DNA of 64,000 nucleotides from an uncultured Acidimicrobiia bacterium (GTDB lineage: Bacteria; Actinomycetota; Acidimicrobiia; IMCC26256; JAENVU01): contig CAWCMX010000001.1 in the NCBI GenBank assembly GCA_963796755.1, positions 1,625,172-1,689,171 on the forward strand, given 5' to 3'. A model generated the notes under the pieces. It had not been told where the DNA came from and did not search any database. It was given only the letters and a program-made list of their open reading frames with translations. Positions 52,446 to 61,841 of the stretch are shown piece after piece; the first letter of the stretch is position 1; each line of letters starts with the position of its first letter. The position numbers and the translations under genes were made by a program.

Positions 52446-53142
52446 ATGCCCGAGACCAGCGCGACCCTCAAGCACTGCGGCTCGTCGGCCTCCAAGGTCC
52501 GGCAGGTGCTCGGCCTCATCCGTGGCCTGGACGTCACCGACGCGCGCGAGGTGCTCCGCTTCTGTGAGCGGGGCGCCGCGGACGAGGTGGCCAAGCTCCT
52601 CGACTCCGCGGTGGCGAACGCCGAGCACAACGACCTCCTCCCGCCCGACGAGCTGTTCGTGTCGCGGGCCTGGGCCGACGAGGGTCCGACCGCGAAGCGG
52701 TACCGCCCCCGCGCCCGCGGTCGGGGCACCCGGATCCGCAAGCGCACCAGCCACATCACGATCGTCGTGGCCCGCTACTCCGAGGACGACCTCGTGGCCC
52801 GCACCCAGCGCGAGACCGCCGTCGGGCTCCGGTGCTGCGGCGGACCGCCGGCGCCGGCTCACCCGTCGCCGCCGGGTCGCGGCGAGCACGGCGGCCGAGA
52901 CGGGTGGTCACGACCACGATCACGACCACGAGCACGAAGAGGTCGACGCGCTGATCGGCGAGGCCGACACAGCCGAGGTGGAGGCCGATGCGGAAGCGGC
53001 GGAGATCGGGGAGGCCGCCGAGACCGCGGCCGACACCGACGAGGCCACGGACGACGAGGCCGAGGCACAGGACGAGACGCCAGACGAGACGGGCGCCGTG
53101 GACGACGGCGACGAAGGCTCCGAGCCGGAAGCGAGCAAGTAA
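52446..53142 (+). pseudogene. rplV: 50S ribosomal protein L22 with long His/Asp- and acid-rich C-terminal extension (one frame switch near 52830)
   Basis: Core motifs SASKVRQVLGLIRG and GPTAKRYRPRARGRGTRIRKRTSHITIVV. The tail GGHDHDHDHEHEEVD...DDGDEGSEPEASK is in a second frame. Confidence 0.85.
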
Positions 53143-54073
53143 ATGGGTCAGAAGGTCAACCCGTACGGGTTCCGCCTCGGGGTCACCACGGACTGGAAGT
53201 CCCGGTGGTTCGCGGAGGACAAGGAGTACACGGACCAGCTCATCGAGGACTGGCAGATCCGTGACTACCTGAAGAAGCAGCTGGAACGGGCGATGGTCAG
53301 CCGCGTCGAGATCGAGCGCACGCGCGACCGTCTGCGCGTCGACGTCTACACCGCGCGTCCCGGCATCGTCATCGGCCGGCGTGGCGCGGAGGCGGACCGC
53401 CTGCGTGCGGGCCTGCTGAAGATCACCGGCAACCCGAAGATCCACTTCAACATCCAGGAGATCAAGCAGCCCGAGCTCGACGCTACGCTGATCGCGCAGG
53501 GTGTCGCCGACCAGCTCGCCGGTCGCGTCGAGCTTCCGGCGCGCGATGAAGCGCGCGGTGCAGACCGCCATGAAGGCGGGCGCCCAGGGCATCCGGGTCC
53601 AGTGCGGTGGTCGCCTCGGCGGCGCCGAGATGAGCCGCAAGGAGTGGTACCGCGAGGGTCGGGTCCCGCTGCACACCCTGCGGGCGGACATCGACTACGG
53701 CAACGCCGAGGCGCGCACCACCTTCGGTCGCATCGGCGTGAAGGTCTGGATCTACAAGGGCGAGATCCTGCCCTACAAGACCGTCGGTGAGGACAAGATC
53801 GCCAAGGAAGCCGCGATGGCGGTGGGTGAGCCCTCCGGCACCGCGCCGGGTCGACGCGTCGTGAGCGCGGGTGGCGGTCGCCGTCGTCCCGCGGAGGAGT
53901 CGACCCCGGTCGACGCGACCAAGGTGGGCGACGAAGAGCCGGCCGAGGCGACGCCGGTCGTCAAGGAAGCCGACCCCGAGTTCGAGCGCCTCCTCGCCGA
54001 GGAAGAAGAGATCGAGCGCCGCACGCGCCAGCACCACGAGGCGCCGAAGTTCCACGGCGGCGAGGAGGACTGA
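53143..54073 (+). pseudogene. rpsC: 30S ribosomal protein S3 (one frame switch near 53530; extended C-terminus)
   Basis: [23 protein letters not shown], then in a second frame [34 protein letters not shown]. Confidence 0.9.
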
Positions 54074-54075
54074 CC

Positions 54076-54492
54076 ATGCTCATGCCGCGCAAGGTCAAGC
54101 ACCGCAAGCAGCAGCGCGGCCGGATGTCGGGCGTTGCGAAGGGTGGCACCAGGGTGTCCTTCGGCGACTACGGGATCCAGGCCCTCGAGCCCGGTTGGAT
54201 CACCAACCGCCAGATCGAGGCGGCCCGTATCGCGATGACCCGTTACATCAAGCGTGGCGGCAAGGTCTGGATCAGCATCTTCCCGGACAAGCCCGTCACC
54301 CAGAAGCCGGCCGAGACGCGCATGGGCTCGGGCAAGGGCAACCCGGAGCACTGGGTCGCCGTCGTGAAGCCGGGCCGGGTCATGTTCGAGCTCTCCGGAG
54401 TCCCGGAGCCCGTCGCGCGCGAGGCCATGCGCCTCGCGCAGCACAAGCTCCCGATCAAGACCCGCTTCGTCGTGCGACAGGAAGAGGCCTAG
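54076..54492 (+). CDS. rplP: 50S ribosomal protein L16
   Basis: 138 aa starting [17 protein letters not shown], with motif [24 protein letters not shown]. Confidence 0.95.
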   Translation: MLMPRKVKHRKQQRGRMSGVAKGGTRVSFGDYGIQALEPGWITNRQIEAARIAMTRYIKRGGKVWISIFPDKPVTQKPAETRMGSGKGNPEHWVAVVKPGRVMFELSGVPEPVAREAMRLAQHKLPIKTRFVVRQEEA

Positions 54493-54494
54493 AG

Positions 54495-54722
54495 ATGGCG
54501 ACGAAGGCGGCCGAGCTCCGTGAGCTCAACGACGCTGAGCTCGTCCAGCGGTTGCTGGAGGCGAAGGAGGAGCACTTCAACCTCCGCTTCCAGAACGCGA
54601 CGGGTGAGCTCGACAACTCCGCGCGGCTCGGCGATGTCCGCCGGGACATCGCGCGGCTGCACACGCTCCTGCGGGAGCGCGAGATCGCGGCGGCCGAGGC
54701 CGGCGCCGAGGAGACGAAGTGA
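54495..54722 (+). CDS. rpmC: 50S ribosomal protein L29
   Basis: Starts [33 protein letters not shown]. The stop overlaps the rpsQ GTG. Confidence 0.85.
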   Translation: MATKAAELRELNDAELVQRLLEAKEEHFNLRFQNATGELDNSARLGDVRRDIARLHTLLREREIAAAEAGAEETK

Positions 54723-54994
54723 CCGAGCCCGAGAGCACCGAGACCCGGAACTCGCGCAAGCAGCGTGAGGGTCTGGTCGTGTCGGCGAAGATGGACAAGA
54801 CGGTCGTCGTCGCCGTGATCGACCGGGTCCAGCATCGCCGGTACCGCAAGACTTTGCAGCGCACCCGCAAGCTCTACGCCCACGACGAGGCGAACGAGGT
54901 CCGCGAGGGCGACAAGGTGCGGATCATCGAGATGCGGCCGATGTCGCGATCGAAGCGCTGGCGCGTCATGGAGATCCTGGAGCGTGCGCGGTGA
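54719..54994 (+). CDS. rpsQ: 30S ribosomal protein S17
   Basis: 91 aa with motif [30 protein letters not shown]. Confidence 0.9.
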   Translation: MTEPESTETRNSRKQREGLVVSAKMDKTVVVAVIDRVQHRRYRKTLQRTRKLYAHDEANEVREGDKVRIIEMRPMSRSKRWRVMEILERAR

Positions 54995-55359
54995 TCCAGC
55001 AGGAGTCACGGCTGAAGGTGGCCGACAACTCGGGTGCCCGCGAGGTCCTGTGCATCAAGGTGCTCGGTGGCACGCGGCGTCGCTACGCGGCGATCGGCGA
55101 CGTCTTCGTCGCGACCGTCAAGGACGCGGTTCCCGGTGCGGCGGTCAAGAAGGGCGACGTCGTGAAGTGCGTCGTCGTCCGCACCAAGAAGGAGCGGCGG
55201 CGACCGGACGGCAGCTACATCCGCTTCGACGAGAACGCCGCCGTCCTCATCAACGACCAGATGCAACCGCGCGGTACCCGCATCTTCGGGCCCGTCGGTC
55301 GCGAGCTGCGTGACCGCCGCTTCATGCGGATCGTCTCGCTGGCGCCGGAGGTGCTCTAG
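54991..55359 (+). CDS. rplN: 50S ribosomal protein L14
   Basis: 122 aa starting [27 protein letters not shown]. Confidence 0.95.
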   Translation: MIQQESRLKVADNSGAREVLCIKVLGGTRRRYAAIGDVFVATVKDAVPGAAVKKGDVVKCVVVRTKKERRRPDGSYIRFDENAAVLINDQMQPRGTRIFGPVGRELRDRRFMRIVSLAPEVL

Positions 55360-55362
55360 ATC

Positions 55363-55670
55363 ATGAAGCTCAAGAAGGGTGACCACGTCGCGTGATCGCC
55401 GGCAAGGACGTCGGCAAGGAAGGCGACATCACCCGCGCCATCCCCGAGTTCGAGAAGGTGATCGTCGACGGGGTGAACGTCGCGAAGCGCCACACCCGGG
55501 CGACCGGTCAGACCATGCAGGGCGGCATCATCGACAAGGACATGCCGCTGCACGTCTCGAACGTCGCGATCATCTGCTCCTCGTGCAACACGACGACCCG
55601 GGTCGGCTACCGCTTCGAGGACGACGGCACCAAGGTCCGCATCTGCCGCAAGTGCGGGAAGGACCTCTGA
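55363..55670 (+). pseudogene. rplX: 50S ribosomal protein L24 (one frame switch near 55391, probably a missing G in GCGGTG)
   Basis: [10 protein letters not shown] then TGA. The next frame continues [16 protein letters not shown] and ends in a CxxC...CxxC tail. Confidence 0.85.
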
Positions 55671-56227
55671 TGGCGCCCCGGTTGAAGGAGCGGTACGCCG
55701 CGGAGCTGCGCCCGGCGCTGCAAGAGGAGCTCGGGCTCGGCAACGTCATGGAGGTGCCGCGGCTCGAGAAGATCGTCATCAACTGCGGCGTCGGCCAGGC
55801 CACCCAGCAGGCGTCGCTGCTCGACGGTGCGCTCGTGGACCTCGGCGTGATCACCGGCCAGAAGCCGGTCGTCACCCGGGCCAAGAAGTCGATCGCCGGC
55901 TTCAAGCTCCGCGAGGGCAACCCGATCGGCGCCAAGGTGACGCTGCGCGGCGATCGCATGTGGGAGTTCTACGACCGCCTGGTCAGCCTGGCGATCCCCC
56001 GCATCCGTGACTTCCGCGGGCTCAATCCGAGGTCGTTCGATGGCCGCGGGAACTACACCTTCGGCGTCACCGAGCAGCTCATCTTCCCGGAGATCGACTA
56101 CGACAAGATCGACACGGTGCGGGGCATGGACATCACCATCTGCACGTCCGGCCGCACCGACGACGAGGGTCGCGCCCTGTTCCGCGCCCTCGGGTTCCCA
56201 TTCCGCCGCACCGAAGCACAGGGGTAA
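55670..56227 (+). CDS. rplE: 50S ribosomal protein L5
   Basis: Starts [38 protein letters not shown], with motif [18 protein letters not shown]. Confidence 0.9.
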   Translation: MAPRLKERYAAELRPALQEELGLGNVMEVPRLEKIVINCGVGQATQQASLLDGALVDLGVITGQKPVVTRAKKSIAGFKLREGNPIGAKVTLRGDRMWEFYDRLVSLAIPRIRDFRGLNPRSFDGRGNYTFGVTEQLIFPEIDYDKIDTVRGMDITICTSGRTDDEGRALFRALGFPFRRTEAQG

Positions 56228-56229
56228 CG

Positions 56230-56415
56230 ATGGCGAAGAAGGCGCTCGTGAACAAGCAGCAGCGCGAGCCGAAGTTCAAGGTCCGTGGCTACACCCGATG
56301 CCGGCGGTGCGGTCGACCGCGCTCGGTGTACCGCAAGTTCGGTCTGTGCCGGATCTGCCTGCGTGAGCTCGCTCACGCCGGTGAGGTCCCGGGCGTGACC
56401 AAGGCCTCGTGGTGA
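56230..56415 (+). CDS. rpsN: 30S ribosomal protein S14, short zinc-binding type Z
   Basis: 61 aa with motifs CRRCGRP and CRICLRELA. Confidence 0.9.
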   Translation: MAKKALVNKQQREPKFKVRGYTRCRRCGRPRSVYRKFGLCRICLRELAHAGEVPGVTKASW

Positions 56416-56428
56416 GGGGGATGAGCCG

Positions 56429-56835
56429 ATGACGATGACCGACCCGATCGCGGACATGCTCACCCGGATCCGCAACGCCAACATCGCGATGCACGACGTC
56501 GCGGTCATGCCGTCGTCCAAGGTGAAGGAAGCCCTCGCGAAGATCCTCCTCCAGGAGGGCTACATCGAGGGTTGGGACGCGGCGGACGACCCGACGCGCC
56601 CGGGCCGCAAGCTGTCGATCACCCTCAAGTACACCCCCGACCGCCGGCGCACCATCGCCGGGATCAAGCGGGTGTCGAAGCCCGGCCTCCGGGTGTACAC
56701 CGCCGCTGACCAGGTGCCTCGCGTGCTCGGCGGCATGGGGATCGCCGTGCTGTCCACCAACCAGGGTCTGCTCACCGACCGCCAGGCGCGCGCGAGCGCA
56801 AGGTGGGCGGAGAGATCCTCTGTCAGGTCTGGTAG
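56429..56835 (+). pseudogene. rpsH: 30S ribosomal protein S8 (one frame switch near 56795; inferred stop TAG 56833-56835)
   Basis: [17 protein letters not shown]. The canonical end [11 protein letters not shown] appears only in a second frame. Confidence 0.85.
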
Positions 56836-56842
56836 CTGAACC

Positions 56843-57382
56843 ATGTCGAGAATCGGCAAGAAGCCCATCCCCGTCCCGTCCGGAGTGGACGTGACGATCA
56901 ACGGCAACCACGTCGCGGTCAAGGGCCCGAAGGGCTCGCTCGAGCTCGACGCGCCCGAGGACATCACCGTCACCCGTGAGGGCGACGACCTCCTGGTGGG
57001 CCGGCCCGACGACGAGCGCGCGCACCGGGCGCTGCACGGCCTGACCCGCTCGCTGGTCAACAACATGGTGGTCGGCGTGTCGGACGGCTTCAGCCGGGAC
57101 CTCGAGATCGTCGGGGTCGGCTACCGGGCCATCGCGCAGGGCCAGGACAAGCTCGAGCTCCAGGTCGGCTACTCCCACAGCGTCCCGGTCCAGGCCCCGG
57201 CCGGCATCACGTTCGAGGTGCCGGCGCCGAACCGGATCACGGTCCGCGGCATCGACAAGCAGCTGGTGGGCCAGGTTGCCGCCGACATCCGCAAGGTCCG
57301 CAAGCCCGAGCCCTACAAGGGCAAGGGGATTCGCTACTCGGACGAGCGCGTGCTGCGCAAGGCCGGCAAGTCAGCGAAGTAG
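56843..57382 (+). CDS. rplF: 50S ribosomal protein L6
   Basis: 179 aa starting [31 protein letters not shown]. Confidence 0.95.
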   Translation: MSRIGKKPIPVPSGVDVTINGNHVAVKGPKGSLELDAPEDITVTREGDDLLVGRPDDERAHRALHGLTRSLVNNMVVGVSDGFSRDLEIVGVGYRAIAQGQDKLELQVGYSHSVPVQAPAGITFEVPAPNRITVRGIDKQLVGQVAADIRKVRKPEPYKGKGIRYSDERVLRKAGKSAK

Positions 57383-57394
57383 ACGAGGAATCCG

Positions 57395-57752
57395 ATGAGC
57401 CACACCAAGCCAGTCGCCAGAAAGCGGAGACACTTCCGGGTCCGGAAGAAGGTCCGGGGCAACGCCGCGCGGCCGCGCCTCGCGGTGTTCCGCTCCAACA
57501 AGCACATCTACGCGCAGGTGATCGACGACGTCGCGGGTCACGACCGTCGCGTCGGCGTCCACCCGGGAGAAGGACGGGGCCAAGGGCTCCGCCGGCACCG
57601 TCGCGGCGGCCAAGGCCGTCGGTGAGCGCCTGGGCGAGCGCGCCAAGAGCGCCGGCATCGACTCGGTCGTGTTCGACCGGGGCGGGTTCAAGTATCACGG
57701 TCGCGTCGCCGCGGTCGCCGAAGGTGCCCGCAGCGCGGGCCTCGAGTTCTAG
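57395..57752 (+). pseudogene. rplR: 50S ribosomal protein L18 (one frame switch near 57540)
   Basis: [20 protein letters not shown], then in a second frame [28 protein letters not shown]. Confidence 0.85.
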
Positions 57753-57772
57753 CCAGCACAGGAGAGGTCGTC

Positions 57773-58322
57773 ATGGCCGAAGGCCAGTACGAAGAGCGGG
57801 TCATCGCGATCAACCGGGTCGCGAAGGTGGTCAAGGGTGGTCGGCGGTTCTCCTTCACCGCGCTCGTCGTCGTCGGTGACGGCGCGGGCAACGTCGGGCT
57901 CGGCTACGGCAAGGCCAAGGAGGTGCCGGCCGCGATCCAGAAGGGCATGGAAGAGGCCAAGAAGAACACCTTCGCGGTCGCGCTCGCCGGCTCCACGATC
58001 ACCCACCAGATCCTCGGCATCCACGATGCGGCCAGGGTCCTCCTCAAGCCGGCTGCGCCCGGTACCGGCGTCATCGCCGGTGGCGCCGCCCGCGCCATCC
58101 TCGAGGCCGCGGGCGTGCACGACGTGCTCGCCAAGTCGCTCGGCTCGGCGAACGCCATCAACGTGTCCCGCGCGACGATCGCCGGGCTCCAGGGCCTGCG
58201 CCGCCCCGACGACGTGGCGAAGATGCGCGGCAAGTCGCGCGGAAGAGGTCAGCACCGCGGGGATGCTGCGCGCGTACCGCGAGCGCAACTCGAAGAAGAC
58301 CGAAGTCACCGAGGTCGCGTGA
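57773..58322 (+). pseudogene. rpsE: 30S ribosomal protein S5 (one frame switch near 58240)
   Basis: Motif [50 protein letters not shown]. The tail is in a second frame. Confidence 0.9.
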
Positions 58323-58514
58323 TGGCAAAGGCACTGAAGGTGACGCAGGTGAAGTCCGACGATCGGCATCAAGCCGAAGCAGCGCGGCACGTTCCGCGCG
58401 CTCGGGTTGCGCCAGATCGGCAAGACCGTCGAGCACGACGACACTCCGGTGATCCGCGGGATGCTGGCCAAGGTGCCGCACCTCGTCGTGGTCCGGGAAG
58501 GTGAGACAGCATGA
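58322..58514 (+). pseudogene. rpmD: 50S ribosomal protein L30 (one frame switch near 58358)
   Basis: [12 protein letters not shown], then in a second frame [42 protein letters not shown]. The stop overlaps the rplO ATG. Confidence 0.8.
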
Positions 58515-59003
58515 AGATCCACGATCTGAAGCCGGCTGCCGGCTCCAAGAAGGCCCGCCAGCGGGTCGGTCGGGGCATCGCCGGCAAGGGCGGCAAGACC
58601 GCCGGCCGGGGCATGAAGGGCCAGGGCGCCCGCGGCTCGGTCAAGCCCGGGTTCGAGGGTGGCCAGACGCCGCTCGCCCGGCGCACGCCGAAGCTCAAGG
58701 GCTTCAACAACCCGTTCCGGGTCGAGTACCACGTGGTGAACCTGGACACCCTCGAGGCGTTCACCGGGGGCGACGAGATCAACCCCGACGAGCTGCGGGC
58801 CCGGGGGCTCGTGGCCAAGCAGGGCCTGGTCAAGGTGCTCGGCCGGGGCGAGCTCACCCGGGCGCTCACCGTACGGGCCCACGCCTTCTCCGAGAGCGCC
58901 AAGACGGCGATCGAGGGGGCCGGGCGGCCGGGTCGAGATCGTCCCGCCGCCGTGGGGCGACCGGCGTCCGCCCGCCAAGGGCAACGCCCTCACCAACCGC
59001 TAG
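58511..59003 (+). pseudogene. rplO: 50S ribosomal protein L15 (one frame switch near 58925)
   Basis: Motif MKIHDLKPAAGSKKARQRVGRGIAGKGGKTAGRGMKGQ. The end VEIVPPPWGDRRPPAKGNALTNR is in a second frame. Confidence 0.85.
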
Positions 59004-59075
59004 AAATCCTGGCCGAGCGACCCGGTAACATCGGGTCCTCCCCGCCCCCGCGCCGAACGAGGAGGTCCCACCCAC

Positions 59076-60380
59076 GTGCTCTCCCGGTTGAAGAACATGT
59101 TCCGGGTCGCGGACCTGCGCAACAAGATCATCTTCACGATCTTGATGGTGGGGGTCTACCGGATCGGGACCCACGTTCCGGTGCCGTACGTCGACTTCGC
59201 GCAGATCCAGAAGCTGCAGAGCACGTCCAACAACGCGGGTGTGGTCGGCTTCCTCGACCTCTTCTCGGGTGGCGCGATCACGAGCGTGTCGGTGTTCTTC
59301 CTCGGGATCATGCCGTACATCACGGCCTCGATCATCATGCAGCTGCTCGGGGTCGTCATCCCGAAGCTGGAGGAGTGGCAGCAGGAGGGCCAGAGCGGCC
59401 AGAAGAAGATCACGCAGTGGACCCGGTACCTGACGGTCGGCCTCGCGCTCATCCAGTCGACCGGGTTTGTCTTCGCGTTGAAGGAGGGTAAGCAGGGCCT
59501 CTTGGGCTTCGCGGGCTTCACCGGGACGAACATGATCCCCGGGTTCAACGCGGCCCGCGCGTCGCTGATCATCATGACGTGGGTCGCAGGCACCGCGCTC
59601 GTCATGTGGATCGGCGAGCTCATCACCCAGCGGGGCGTCGGCAACGGCATGTCGATCCTGATCTTCGCCTCGGTGGTCTCCCGCCTTCCCGCGCAGGGTG
59701 GCGCGATCTTCACGAGCGGCGGCTGGTTCAAGGGCGTCGTGATCTGCGCGATCGGCGTCGGGATGATCGTGGCGATCGTGTTCGTCGAGTCGGGGCAGCG
59801 CCGCATCCCGGTCCAGTTCGCGAAACGTGTGGTCGGCCGACGGATGTACGGCGGCCAGAGCACCTACATCCCATTGAAGGTGAACCAGTCCGGTGTGATC
59901 CCGGTGATCTTCGCGAGCTCGATCCTGGCGTTCCCCGCGCTCATCGCCACGGCCACGAACTGGAAGGGATCTGCAGTCGTTCGTCAACGACAACATCACC
60001 AACCAGAAGAGCCTCGTCTACATGGGCATCTACACGTTGCTCATCATCTTCTTCGCGTACTTCTACACGGCCATCGCGTTCAACCCGGCGCAGCAGGCCG
60101 ACATCATCCGCAAGCAGGGTGGCTTCATCCCCGGCATCCGGCCGGGCCCCGCGACCGAGAAGTACCTGGCCAAGGTGCTGAACCGCATCACGTTGCCGGG
60201 CTCGCTCTTCCTGGCCGCGATCGCCGCTGACGCCGCTCGTGGTGTTCGCGGTGCTGGGACATCGCGGAGTTCCCCTTCGGGGGCACCGCGCTGCTGATCA
60301 CCGTGGGTGTCGCCCTCGAGACCATGAAGCAGATCGACAGCCAGCTGATGATGCGGAACTACGAGGGCTTCCTCTCCTGA
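59076..60380 (+). pseudogene. secY: preprotein translocase subunit SecY (three frame switches near 59965, 60228 and 60255)
   Basis: GTG after GAGGAGG. Motifs LFSGGAITSVSVFFLGIMPYITASIIMQLL and GELITQRGVGNGMSILIF. The final block [33 protein letters not shown] returns to the first frame. Confidence 0.9.
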
Positions 60381-60402
60381 GGGGCCTGAGGATGATGCTG
60401 TT

Positions 60403-60982
60403 GTGAAGCGCGGGACGCGCCTGGTCATTCTCGGCAAGCAGGGTGCCGGCAAGGGCACTCAGGGTGAGCGACTGGCCCGGCACTTCAGCATCCAGCACCT
60501 CTCGACGGGGCAGCTCTTCCGCGACTCGGCGGCGGTGGGCGTGCCGGCCGGCCTCGAGGCCAAGGCGTACATGGACCGGGGCGAGCTGGTCCCGGACGCC
60601 ATCGTCGTGGACGTGGTCGAGGAGCGCTTCTCGAACCCGGCCGAGGTCGAGTACGGGTTCGTGCTCGACGGCTTCCCTCGCACCGAGAACCAGGCCGAGG
60701 AGCTCGACCGGATCCTCGGGGCGGACTACCCGCTGGACCTCGTGATCGACCTGGACGTCCCGACCGACCGGGCGATCGAGCGGCTGCTCGGCCGGGGCCG
60801 CGAGGACGACACCCGCGAGTCGATCCGGCGCCGGCTGGAGCTCTACGAGCAGGAGACCAAGCCGCTGATCGACCTCTACGCCAAGCCGCGGGCTGCTGGT
60901 GCAGGTGGATGGAATCGGCGAAGAGGACGAGGTGTTCAAGCGCTTGCTGGACGCGATCGACGCGCCCGGCGCCCTCTCCTGA
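60403..60982 (+). pseudogene. adk: adenylate kinase (one frame switch near 60888)
   Basis: P-loop motif ILGKQGAGKGTQ, plus GFVLDGFPRTENQAEEL. The C-terminal block VQVDGIGEEDEVFKRLLDAI is in a second frame. Confidence 0.85.
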
Positions 60983-61004
60983 GCCCCGAGGCGGTGTCAC
61001 CCCG

Positions 61005-61757
61005 TTGATCACCCGGAAGAACCGCCATCAGATCGCGCTGATGCGCAAGGCCGGCCGGGTCGTCGCCGAGATGCACGCCCGGTGCTCGGCCGCCGCGAAG
61101 CCGGGCGTGACGACCGCCGAGATCGACGCCGTTGCCCGCGAGGTCCTGAAGGACCGGGGCGCGCGTTCGAACTTCCTCAACTACAACGGGTTTCCCGCGG
61201 TGATCTGCACGTCGCCCAACGACGTGATCGTGCACGGCATCCCTCGCGACGACGTCGTCCTCGAGGAGGGCGACATCCTGTCGCTCGACTGCGGCGCCAT
61301 CATCGAGGGCTGGCACGCGGACGCGGCGATCACGGTGCCCGTCGGCGAGATCGACGACGAGTCGCGCGACCTCATCGAGGTCACCCGGCGTTCCCTGGAA
61401 GCCGCGATCGAGCTGGTGTCCGAGGGCAACACGCTCGGCATGGTGGGCGCCGCGGTGCAGGACGTCGCGGAGAGCGGCGGCTACTCCGTGGTGCGCGAGT
61501 ACGTCGGCCACGGGATCGGGACCGCGATGCACGAGGACCCCCAGATCCCGAACTACGCGGGGGGCCCGAACCAGCGCTACAAGCTGAAGAACGGTCTCGT
61601 CGTGGCGATCGAGCCGATGGTGAACGCGGGCCGGCCCGGCACCCGGACCCTGGCCGACGGCTGGACCGTCGTCACCTCCGACGGCAAGCGCTCCGCGCAC
61701 TTCGAGCACACCATCGCGTGCACCGAGAACGGCCCCGAGGTCCTCACCCTCCCCTGA
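61005..61757 (+). CDS. map: type I methionine aminopeptidase (start codon uncertain; TTG 61005 proposed)
   Basis: Motifs FPAVICTSPNDVIVHGIP, SLDCGAIIEGWHADAA, EYVGHGIG and VVAIEPM. Confidence 0.85.
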   Translation: MITRKNRHQIALMRKAGRVVAEMHARCSAAAKPGVTTAEIDAVAREVLKDRGARSNFLNYNGFPAVICTSPNDVIVHGIPRDDVVLEEGDILSLDCGAIIEGWHADAAITVPVGEIDDESRDLIEVTRRSLEAAIELVSEGNTLGMVGAAVQDVAESGGYSVVREYVGHGIGTAMHEDPQIPNYAGGPNQRYKLKNGLVVAIEPMVNAGRPGTRTLADGWTVVTSDGKRSAHFEHTIACTENGPEVLTLP

Positions 61758-61767
61758 CCCGAGCTCG

Positions 61768-61815
61768 TTTCGGCGTGACTTTGTGTGGCCAGGGCGACGC
61801 GAACTCACGCCGAAA
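61768..61815. terminator. possible bidirectional stem-loop between convergent map and capD-like genes
   Basis: TTTCGGCGTGA (61768-61778) pairs with TCACGCCGAAA (61805-61815). The 11-bp arms enclose a large 26-nt loop. Confidence 0.25.
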
Positions 61816-61841
61816 GCGAGATGGACGCGCAGGCCGGAACG

